From: Vicugna vicugna | Lineage: Eukaryota | Direction of reading: 5' to 3' | NCBI GenBank assembly: GCA_013265495.1 | Contig: MU062035.1 | Span: forward strand, 434,001-498,000 | DNA: 64,000 bases | Part shown: one piece after another, positions 23,801 through 35,800 of the stretch | Layout: each line of letters begins with the position of its first letter | How positions within the stretch are numbered: position 1 is the stretch's first letter | Notes under the pieces: model-generated | The model's database searches: none | Seen by the model: the letters and a program-made list of their open reading frames with translations, nothing else | Told to the model about the DNA's origin: nothing | Program-made: the position numbers and the translations under genes

Positions 23801-26800
23801 GTAACCAGGGGATTTCTCAGGGTTCTTCTGCCCTTAGATTCTGAAATTCTTCATCCTGGCCAGCACCCAGCCTTATTTTCAATTCCAATGGAGAGTCTCT
23901 CCAGAAATGCTGTTGGCAGTGGCTTTCTGTTCCTTGGATGGTGTAAAACAGGCATTATTGTTTTTAAGAAGCTTTTCTGAGACTGAGAAGACCTCAGCCT
24001 GCCTGCCTTATTTGTGTATTTCTTTATTTGTTTACATTTATCTTTGAGGGGTTGGATGATGAGCACTGGCCTTCTCTTCAAATTCTTGAGAGGCTGTGCC
24101 TGAGGCCAGCACACACTGCTGGTGCAGGATCAGGGCGGGGAAGTTGTTTTGGTGGCCACACCACCCCTTCTCCGGCCATCTCTGCCCTGGACGAGCCCTG
24201 CTAGGGTCCCTCTTCCTGGGGGCATCCAGGCTTCCAGGTCTGGGGACATCTTGGCCCCGAAGGCAATAAATGGTGTCACACAGCTGAACCTCTGCCTGTC
24301 CTCGGAGAGTCTGCCTCGGAGAGAAGGGTGGGTGTCTGTGAGGACCACTGGCAGAGCCGACAGAGCTGTCTCACTTCCGGCTGACTCCTCCCTCGCCCTC
24401 GGTGCACCTGCAGGTGCAGCAATGAGAGGCAGCCAGAGATGAGTTGTCCAGCGGGTCCTGCTGCTCAGGGTGGCTCTGAGTTTGAGTTGAGCTCATATGA
24501 CTGGGGCCATCATTGATTTAATTTGTAAAAGAGGCACTTGGAGGTCAGGAGGCAGTCCACCTTGCCTTCAGTGGAGGTCTCTTCTGCTTCTGGATTTCTC
24601 CTTCCTAGACCTGGACTGAGGAGGCTGTTCTAAACATTCTGTCCTCTAAACACATCTGGTCTCCCTGGAGCCAACGGGGTGGCTGCTGTGGCCTGGCGAC
24701 TTCCTCCCCGGGCAGCGGGAGAGTCTCCTGTGTTAGAAGTCTGTGCCCTCTGTGTGCCGAGCAGGAAGGAGCAGGCCCAGCAGCGAGCCCTGCGGTGATC
24801 GGGCAGTTCACACAACGCATCTGACAGGTCTGGGTCTGCCAGCCTTGCAGACTCTCCTGCCATTGTTGGGGCGGGGATTTTTATCCTGCTCTGTAAACAT
24901 AGGAGTGGGGACCCCCCCCATGGCCCTCCCCCAAGTGCAGCCTGTGAGTAACTTAGCAGAGTGAGATTCCAGATTCCCCATCTGTTTGCTGGGCAGCATC
25001 ACGGCCTCTTTGGTCTTGACTGACCAGGGAGAAGGAGAGGAGGGCACCTGTAACTGTCTTATTTTCAATCAGCCATTTATCATCTTTCACAGCTGCCTTT
25101 GAGTTACCTATTAGGGACCAATCTGGAAGGATTTCTTGGTACCGACTGTAGAACTAGAAATTGTTCTGTGGCTGTGTGTCTGTGAGAGACGAGACAGCGA
25201 GGGCCGGGCTGTGGCAGCTCAGAGCAGAGTGGGACTGACCTTAATTAAAATGCTCTGAGTCAGGCATTTCTTGGCTTGCTGGAGTGTGCCACCCACATGT
25301 CCCCACAGCCACAGGGTCTGGCACAGTCCCGTGACGGCCAGTCTTCCCAGAATGCCCAGTTGGGAGCACCAGCCTCCTGGCCACGAGAGTCTGGGGTGGA
25401 CTGAGCCCAGCCCTTCCTGGCCCGGGTGCCTGAGCGAGCCTGGAGATGCAGGGGCAGGGACAGAAGAGCAGCTTAGCCATGGGGTGTGGTCTGGGAACAT
25501 GACTTTGAGACCAGGCCTGAGCTAAAGGACTCCAGGGAAACCATGGCTTAAAAAAATAGAAATTACTTTAAACTTTATTCTCTCTCTTCATTCTCAGCTG
25601 ACCTTGCTTATTTTCAAATCTTCCAATGAGAATTTTTTCATCCTCTACCATCAAGCACACAGCCCACCTGGGCTTCCACCTGTGGCCACCTCTCCCCCGG
25701 GGAGCGGATCCCACCCCGTCTTTCCTGTTCAAGGACTTGGCTCCTTTACTCCACTCCCATTTTCTTGCCACCCTTTGGGCAAAACTGGTCAAAGGATTTT
25801 TCTGAGTTGTTTGCTCTTCTTTTTTCCCTCCTTCCTTGCTTCCTTCCTCTTCCTCTTCTTTTCTCTCTCCTAACCAAAAATGGGCAGTCAGGTGTGCTGA
25901 CGCCCCACACACGGCTCTTACCATCTCGTGGACTGCTTGTCAGCTCTACCACTAGCCTTCCATTATTTCAATGCAGATCCCAGACATTCATAAATTTTTC
26001 AGTAAGTGTGGCTCAGCGACGAGGATTCTCTTTGCACATAACCCAATACCACCCTTCCACCTTAAATGTAACAGCAATTTTTCCTGTGTCATCAAACATC
26101 TACTGAGTTTTCAAGTTCTAATTGCCTCATCAATGTCAGTTTAAAAATGCCTCATTTGCTTGAAACAGGACCCAGACAAGCTCCGAGTCTCCGTGGCAGA
26201 CCGCTGCCAGGCTTTCATCCCTACCTCCTCCCCCAGATTGCTTTCGTCAAGGTTCCCAGCCCCGCCCTTTATGTGGGAACGTGACCCTGATGGACTGATC
26301 ATTCCCTCCCTTTGCAGACTGTCTTCACTTGGCTCCTGGAACACACTCCCGATTTTCCACCTGCCTCACTGGCTGTGGCTTCTCAGCCTCCAGCAGTGGT
26401 CCTCAGCCCTGGCTGGGCATTGGAATTGTCTGGGAGTATTAAAAAGAAACTCTGGCTCCTGGGCCCCGCCTCCAGAGTTTCTGCTCAGGTTGACCTGTTG
26501 TGCCCAGGTCAACCTGATCAGGCCCTGTTGTGCAGATTTGGGGAGGACCCCAGTCTGACATTGGAGCGCCCTGGCTCAGTGTTCAGATACTCCTCTTTCT
26601 GCACTCCCGGGGTGATCTGATCCAATTCCACAGCTTTAAATACTGTCCACAGGCTGGTGGCCCTGACCTCTCTCTGAACTCCAGACCCATTTATACAGCT
26701 GTCTCCTTGACATCTCCACTTAGATATCTGATAGGTATTTTGAACTTAATCATGGTCAGTGCAGAACTCTACCTGATCTGGGAATGGCACTGCCATTCAG

Positions 26801-29800
26801 TTGCTCAGAACAGAAACCTTAGAATCATCCTGGGCACTTTCCTTTCTCTCCTGCCCAACATCTAATCCATCAGTAAATCCCTGGGGCACCACCTGTAGAA
26901 TAGATCTTAAACCCGACCTTTTCTAGCTTCCACCGCTGCAGGCAGCTCCAAGCCCCCATTATCCATCCACACTGGTGATCGCCTCCCAGCCAGTCTCTCT
27001 GCCTCCACCTTGGCTTTCCGCAGTCTGTGCATACACCACACAGAAGCTATAGCAGCCTTGTAACATATGTATTGGATTATACTCTTTGCCACCAGAATGT
27101 AAGTTTTATAAGGGCAAGAACTTCTGTATAAGAATAGCATTAATGTACACATGTAATGTGCTTAGTAAATATTTGTTTTGTTTTGGGGTTTTTTGGGGGG
27201 AGTGGTAATTAGGTTTATTTGTTTACTTATTTTTAATGGAGATACAAGGGATTGAACCCAGGACCTCATGCATGCTAGGCATGCTCTCTACCACTGAGCT
27301 ATGCCCTCCCCCCAAATATTTGTTGAAATATATTAATCCTTAAGGCTCAAGCCTCCCCTTCTCGCCGTTGCTGAGCTGAGCGTTGGGTAGGAGACATCCC
27401 AGCCTGTGACAGGTGTGCATTCTTTGCCACCTCTGCTCAAGGCTCTAGACCAGAGGCCAGCAAACTTCTTCTGTAAAGAGCCAGACAGTAAACATTTTCA
27501 GCTCTGCAGGCCGTTCAGTCTCCGCACAGCTGCTCAGCCCCGCCATCGCAGTGCAGAGCAGCCTTAGATAACATAACACAAACCGACCGGGTGTGGCTGT
27601 GTCCTGAAAAAACTCTATTTCCAAAAAAGGAGGCGGACCCACTGACCATCGTTTGCTGATTCCTGCCCTAGACTCCTGCTAATTCTGAATTTTTTCACCT
27701 TTTCCTCAAATATTCACAAGCAGAAAGGAAACACTCAAAGCCACTTGGCAACCTGATCAGCAGGATGGATTTCTTCCCATAAGTGGGGAAGCTCCTCCTC
27801 CTGGAGCTTCTGTGGCTTGTGTTAACCAAACAGTCCACTTCCTCACTGCCGGGAAGACACCAGCCTGGGGCACAGGGATGGAGAGAGCAGGCAGCCATTT
27901 CTTAGAGAAGCCACACCGGCCCTTCTCCTCCACCCATCTTCCAAGATGCAGAGCTGCAGAAGGCACTGGGCTCATATCCACCGTGGGCTTTTTAGTTCTT
28001 GTGACTTAAAGAAGAGGGGACCGCATTTCACCTTCTTGGGTCCTCCTACAATGCATTAGAACAGAATATAACATTTTATACGCAGCATTCATTCAGGGAT
28101 CTTGAACCAACATTAGATGAAAAGACCTGGATTTAAAATCTGCCTCTGCCATTCGCTAGCCCTGTGACCTACTTGATGGGGTCGCTGTGACGGTGAAGCA
28201 GTGTGTGTGGAGTGCGTCATCACCATCATCGTCATGGTCACTAACATTTATTAAGTGTTTTCATGGTATTATGCACTTTGATAAATACAGTGCAAGTATT
28301 ATCCGGACCCTCACCACAACCTCTAGGGCTGCAGATGAGGAAGCTGAGTTTAGAGAGGTTAAAGAACTTGCCCACATTCAAATCCAAGCTGTCTGCCCCC
28401 AGAATCCACACTCTGAATTACTCTGCCGCCCTGCTAGTGCACATGACAAGCGCTCAGGGAAATGATGGCTCTAATGACAGCCGGTATTAGCTCCTCCAGC
28501 AGGTCTCGTGTGTAACCGAAGAGTGATTTGGAGTAAACTTTGGTAATGGTGCTTCCAGGCAGAGTTATGTTTGTTCATCGTCCTCATTGCATTAATTCGG
28601 TTGCTCAGAGGCTCTCAGATGAGGCCCGGTGTTTGCTCTCCTCCCACTTCCAGAGCCTGCGTGCGATGTGGGGAGTGGCTCCAGCGGCTGCCTGTCTGCC
28701 ACGGAGGGAGACTCCGGCTGTCCACCTGTGTGCTGTCTTTCTGACCAGCCCCCTCAGTGTGAGCTCAGGCTGTTGCCAGGGCTCCTAAAGTTCTTCATCA
28801 CTGACTCAGAGACATTCCCTTTCTTCTTCCTGCTCCTCCGAGAAGCTATGCTGGGTTGTCGATTGATTCCAGATCTTATTCTCCTAGATAATGGAAAAAT
28901 TCTATCAACCTGATGTAATAAAAGAGTGGTTAAAGGATAGGCTTTGGAACCACCTGCTAGTGAGCTCATGAACACAGTATGAGTTCTTGAGAGCGGAGAG
29001 CATCACTGTTCTTTGCACCTGAGCTTACTTTTAGCTAAGCGCTGTGTCATTGGTTTGACTAAAACTGTTATTCTTTTTGTTTATTTATTTATTTGGCATA
29101 TAATTAACTTATTATATTATTTCAGGTGATTCAGCATTTCTCTTCATTACAAAAAGACCACCACAGTCGGTTTAGTTACCACCCGTCACCATACAAAGTC
29201 ATTGCAATATTATCACCTGTATTCCCTGTGCTATACATTAAATCCCCATGAATTTATTTTGTAACTGGAAGTTTGTACCTTTTAATCCCCTTCACCTGTT
29301 TCGCCCATCCCTCCACCCACCTCCCCTCTGCAGCCACCAGCTGTTCTCTGTATCTTTGAGTCTTTTTCTGTTTTCTTAAGTTNNNNNNNNNNNNNNNNNN
29401 NNNNNNNNNNNNNNNNNNNNNNNNNNNNNNNNNNNNNNNNNNNNNNNNNNNNNNNNNNNNNNNNNNNNNNNNNNNNNNNNNNNNNNNNNNNNNNNNNNNN
29501 NNNNNNNNNNNNNNNNNNNNNNNNNNNCATTATTCTTAATAATCTTGGCTAATGTTTGTTGAGCATTTGCTGCTGACCAGGATCTATGCTCAGCCTTTTG
29601 CCTGCTTTATATCATCTGATCCCCTAAACCATACTGTCCAATAGACATTTCTGCAGTGATGGCAGTGTTCTGTATCTGCACTGTCCAGTACAGTAGCCAT
29701 TAGCCACATGTGGTCATTGAGCACTTGACGTGGGGCTAGTGCAGCTCAAGAACTGAATTTTTACTTTTGTTTAATTTTAATTAAACTCAATTAGTTAATT

Positions 29801-32800
29801 AAATTCAAATAGTCACATGTAGCAACTGTATTGGACAGCTCAGCTCTAAACAATCTTTGTAACCCATTTTACAGATGAGAAAAAATAAAGGTTAGAGGGT
29901 TAAGTAATTTGCCAAAGGTACTCAACTCTGTTGTAGCAGAGCCAGTCTTTGGACCCATGTGTCCTGCTCAGACCCCTCGTGCTTAACCACCAAGTTATAC
30001 TCTCTCTTTTTGCAGAAATTGTTTTCTGGTTGCAGACTGTTCCCTAATTCTTAATACCATGTGTATGTATGTAGCCTCCCTTGAAATGTGCAAGACTTAT
30101 CTAAAGAAAGCTGAAAAACTTACCAAATATATAAAATCCCTGCCAAAGTGGGAAAAAGAATTCCATTTTCCTGGGTGAGAAGACTGAGTATTGCAAAAAT
30201 ACCATTTCCCCCCCAAATAACCTCTGGACTCAGTATAGTTCTACTCCAAGTCCAGAAAGGAATTGTAATGATATGTTATTCTAAACGAATGTGCCAGGAT
30301 AGTCAAAACAGTTTTGAAGAAGAATAGTTGGGAGATGGGGTGACCATATTCTGCCCATATCAAAATGTTGAATAAAGTGAAAATACTTAAAAGTATGGGA
30401 CTGGCACAGGAATAGACAGTAGGCCAGTTAAGCAGAATAGTCTAGAAAGGTGGCATATTAAGTTGCAGGTTAGTAAGGGACTACTAATAAATGTGGGAAA
30501 TGGGTTATCCATTCCAGAAAATAGTAAAGCTGCATCCTTACTTCATGCCATACATAAAGATCTAAACTAAAAAGAAACCAAAGAAGTCTTAAAGCTATAG
30601 AAGAATAAGGTGCCTTTATAATATTAGACGACCAGGAAAAATGGGAAACTACAAAGGAAAAGATCGACAGATTAGGCTATATTAAAAATTTTTTTCTCAA
30701 TAGGGAAAAAAGCACTGTAAACAAAGTTTAAAGGACAAGTGACACTGGACAAAAACAAAACAAAGCAAAAACACCCCACATGGCAGCAAACAGGATTAAA
30801 TCCTTAACAGAGAGCTTCAACAGAGCAATAAAAAAAGACAAGCAACCAGGAAAAGACCGGGCAGAGATGTGAATGGGCAGCGCACGTAAGAGTACACACC
30901 AGTGACTATTAAGGATGTTCATCGCATTAGTGATCAGACAAGTACAGTGTAAAACAGTTAGGTACTATTGTTCACCAACTGGACTGGCCAAAAGTTAGAC
31001 TAATTAGATCCAGTATTGGCCAGCAGGATGGGAGTGTAAATGGATCCAGCGTTTTAAAAGGGCAAATGGCAAGGCCCAGCCACGCTGAAAATATGCACGT
31101 TCTTCAGCTCCGTGTTTCCACTCCATACAGTGCAAAGAAGTGGAGACAGTAGCTGTATCCAACAGTGATTAAAGCATGGCACAGAGTATGTTAGAATATA
31201 CTTGGCTGTAAAACAAAGAAAAATGGAGTGGATCTGTGTCTAATGATATGGAAATACGTATGTGACATACTGTTAGGAAAAAGCAAATTTCAGAACAAAT
31301 ACAGCATGATCCCATTTCACTTTTTCTTTTCTTTTTAGTCTATATATGCAGGAAACGAGTTGGGAGGATACACACACACAAGCTGTAGACGGCAGGGAGC
31401 AGGGGAGAGGAGGGCTTTGGGTTTATACACACTTCCATGTTGCTTACACGTTAATGGTGAGCAAATACTGCTGTCAGAATATATATATTTTAAGGCATCT
31501 AGACCTGGAAAAGGAGTCTGAGTTCCACCATGGCACCCTCACTTAGCTGAAAATCACAGTAGGGACCTTTGCTGGCCTGACTAACCTTCTTTGTTTTAAA
31601 ATAAATAAATAAAAATTTGAACTTTTCCATGTTTTTCAAGCATTATGGTGGGTGTAGCTGCTTTTATAATCTAGAAAATAAATAAGCCTTTGCTTTTTTA
31701 ATAAGGGAGTTGCACTAGCTCTCTAAAGATCCTTCCAGTTCTAACATCTAAGACTCTGATCTCAGATTTACTTGGAATTTGACATTAAAAGTGGGGGGAG
31801 TGGCCAGACACCGACGTGGTTCTCAGAGCTAACACATGCAGGCACACCTTCGGCCACTGCTGAGAGGGAGTTTCGCAGTTCTCACAGACTTACTGCTCTC
31901 AGTTCTGGAAACCTCTCCCCTTGGGGCTCTGTTTTGCCTTCCTCTTGTGGGGGTGGGGGGCAGACGCTGCAGGACCGAGGCCCGTCCCCGGCCAGCAGGG
32001 CTGCTGGGCTTTCTCTGGGCCACGGAGAAGAGAGGCTATTTTTGTTTGCGGGGGCTGAATGGCTGGCATCCCGCCAGGAGCGCGTGCTTGTTGCTGTGGT
32101 TGATGTGTCTTGCTGCTGCCACCGTCTCTGCCACTGCTCTGACACTTGAGAACATGTTTGTCCAACACCAGGAGCTTAAACCTAAGCCGGGTGTCTGGGA
32201 TGAGCGTTCTTTTTTGCGTGTCCTCCCCCCTTCTGGCCGTGAGAAGGGCAGCAGCAGACCAGAGTGTGGCTGAAACGCACTTGGAAAGCCTTTTCTCCTG
32301 GGGCTCTACCTGCCTCTGCGTAGCAGGGAACTCGGTCCAGGTGCCCGGGCTGTCTTAGCTGTAGCTGAGCTGAGAGAGCCGGCCTCGCCGTCACCCGCCT
32401 GCTGGGGTTTGCTCAGCGCGGCCGTCCACCTCGCCTGCTGGCCAAAGCTCCTGCTATCAGCCCAACCTGGGAACAGTGTCCTTGGTGGGTTGACGTGAGC
32501 CTGGATCCGTATCTAGCCTTGTCGAGTTCCTCAGGTAAACCCAGTGTCCCATGTCACACTCTGGCAAGAAGGCGGTTGGAGCAGGTGCCCACGTCCGGCA
32601 GCCCTTGGTCTGTACAGGGGAGCAGCTCTAAGTGGGGCCACCGTGCGGCACAGCTCCAGGGGCAGGGGACTCACACTGGGCACTGAGGGTTCATTTGTGC
32701 ACATGACACTACAGGTAGTGCCCTCAGAGTTGTATAGAGCTCGGTGGCCCTGGCTCGAAGCAGGCTGATGACATACCTGAGACGTACCTGTGGACCGCGA

Positions 32801-35800
32801 CTCCCTCGCCAGCATCAAGCTGTCGTCCTGCTGAGCACTTCCCGAGTGCCTCCTGGGGACCAGGCTCTAAGGAGGCCGCCTGTGCCCTCTGGAGCCTGCA
32901 GTGCAGCATAAGCAGCTGGTGCAGGCAGTTTGGGGCAGATTGTCTGTCGGTCAACGTGGATGTATCCTCTGACCGGTTTTCTCAGCTACCCTCCTGATTC
33001 CAGAACTCCTCTTTACCCGTCTCTGATCTGGAGGGGACTTTTTTTCCTCCCAGTTGCAGAGCTACTTTGCAGCATGTGAGGATGAGACCCCTGCCATCCG
33101 GAACCACGACAAGGTCTTGCAGCGTCTGTGTGAGCACTTGGACCACGCCCTGCTCTACGGGTAAGGTGGAGGTGATTTCTGGAGAAGACTGTGCTGCACG
33201 TCAGGGCACGCAGAGGCCATGAGTAACCTCCAGGGAGAAGCCCCTAGCCTTGTCTGCCTTTTATTTCTTCCTTCCCTTGGCGGAAAGAGATTTGTCTCAC
33301 TCAAGTGGCCCGCAGGCTGCCTTAGGTTATCCCAGTAAATCGTCTCTGAGCGGGCATGAATGATTGGGGAAAGGATTAGCAACAGATGAAATGATGGTGT
33401 GAAGTTCTGGTGGCTGCCTGTGGGTCCCGCTGGGAATCCATTGCTTTCAGCTTTGAGCTCACTACTGACACGGAGGCTGGTGGACCAACTGACTGCAGCA
33501 TCCCCGGCTGGCCCCGTCGAGGTCATAGCAGCTCCTGTCCTGTTTCCTCAGACTGCAAGACCTCTCATCTGGCTACTGGGTGCTCGTGGTGCATTTCACC
33601 CGGAGAGAGGCCGTCAGACAGATCGAGGTGCTGCAGCATGTGGCCACCAACCTGGGGCGCAGTGAGTAGTACCAGGTTGACGCGGGGATGGGACCAGCCC
33701 CACCCTCCCTGTGGGTAGCTCCCCGAGGTGTGGCCTCGGGGTCAGTCTGGGAGGACAAATGCCTCACGGTGTCCAGCGGTGGAGGGTCGTTAAAACGCCA
33801 GCGCCCTCTGCGAGGCCTCTCTTCTCCCTGCATGTGACAATTGGCTGGAGCATCGTGGATGTGATGAAGGAGAGTGAGATGCTGAGAGCAGGGCTCCTGT
33901 CGAGTCCCAGCCCAAGCACATAAGGACGGGTCTCGCTTCCCTCCCTGAGTGGGATCAGTGTCAGTCTGCAGGATCAGTGCAGAATCCTTGCATTTTTCAA
34001 CCTGTTTGAAGTTTGCAATCTGCCCTGTTTGCCCAAGTTTCCTGGCCAGCTGCAGGCTGGAGTCTGACAGGGAAAAATCAAGATTTCAGGGGCACCCCAA
34101 GGAGAGAGAAGGCTGTTGGGTTGCTTGCTCCCCTCCAGCCACTCTTCCTTTCCTTTCTGCCCTAGCTGGGCCGAGGAAAGCCAGCACCCGCCAGGCCTTC
34201 CTCCCAGTTCCTCCCTCCCTCTGTTTGCAGGCCGGGCCTGGCTGTACCTGGCCCTCAACGAGAACTCCCTGGAGAGCTACCTGCGGCTGTTCCAGGAGAA
34301 CCTGGGTCTGCTGCACAAGTACTACGTCAAGTGAGTGTCCCGAACGGCCCGTCTCACACAGCTCCCGAGCTCCCCCTGAGCCTTGTCCCCTGCAGACACC
34401 ACGCGGTGCCACCTCAGAGGCCTAGCCTGGCAGCACATGCTGAGCACACGTTGGTGTGCTCTGGTGACGGCCAGAGAGCCAGTGGAGCCTTGCCTGTGAC
34501 AGCTGGGGTTCCAGCCAGGCTCCTGTGAGCATCCGGTGCTTGATTGGCCTCTGCCTGCTCCTCCACCCGGGCCTCAGGTCTGACCAGAGCGCCCAGCCTT
34601 TGCTGGGGTTGCTGCAGGGACAGACTATTTATAGCGGCTGCCGAGAGCTGCTGCGGGCCCCGTATCTGAAGAAGTGCCGTGTGGCTCCAAACCCAGCCGG
34701 AGAGTGCTGGAAGGGGGTGGGTAAAGGCTGCAACAAGCTGGGTGCCCTCCAGCGAGCAGGGATGTCACATGTCACATGTCAGCACAGCTGGCTTGTTGGA
34801 GTTAGGGTTAGGGTGAGGCACCACTGGTAACCAGGGCCAGAATCACCATCGTTCCTTCTCATGTCTTGCAGGAATGCCCTGGTCTGCAGCCATGACCACC
34901 TGACCCTCTTCCTGACCTTGGTGTCCGGGCTGGAGTTCATTCGGTTTGACCTGGACCTGGTGAGACACCACGGCTCTCGCTGCTTGTAGGGGCAGAGGAG
35001 TGGGCAGGGTGGGCCCTGCTCGGCGAGCCTGTTGGGTGTGACTGAGCCTGAGCGGTGTCCTGTTTGTCCAGGTGAGGGAACAGCTCAGGGTCTGCCCAGT
35101 GGGATTGAGTGGAATTGAGGTGGTTCTCTCTTGGCCAGAATTCCTGGTTCGGGGGACTGCTTCCTGTCTCTCTGTTCCGACTGGGAGAAAAGCCGCATGG
35201 CCTGGAGTATTTTAGCACTGATGTGTTCTCCTTCACGTTCAGGACATGAGTCTTTGAGAGACAAGGCAAATTCACCCCTGTGCCTCCCGCGATCCTGGAA
35301 CCTCTCAGCTCGCTGCCTCGCTCCGGCCTGGGGAGAGTTGCCGAGGCTCCCGGGTGCCCTCTGGACTCGGGCTTGTCCAGCTCTGTGCGGCTGTCCCGCC
35401 CTCACTGGGTCCCAGGTCCCAACCCCAGCAGCACAGGCTGAGAAAGGAGCTTGGTGAATGAAAAGTAGTGGAAGCTGGAGAAAACGAGGGACTCTGATAG
35501 TACACGAGGTCGTGGGAGTCAGACGGCCCAGCTAGGTTCTGTCATCATGGCTGACCCCGAGTCCACAGCCTTGCGAGCCACAGGCATTACTCTCTTTAGC
35601 AGCTTATTTCTGGATTGAGTACCTTAAGGACATTGATTTCCACACTAAAACCAGCCTGGGAGGGTGTGAAGGCAGACCCAGGGAAGGCCCTGTTTTGGGG
35701 CCCACCTAGGCATCCCACCACCCAAACCTGCCTCTTCCACTCTCTCCACAGGATGCCCCCTACTTAGACTTGGCCCCCTACATGCCCGACTACTACAAAC

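Noticed and set aside
34802-34818. TTAGGGTTAGGGTGAGG telomere-like repeat
   Set aside because: Only two perfect units; compatible with chance.
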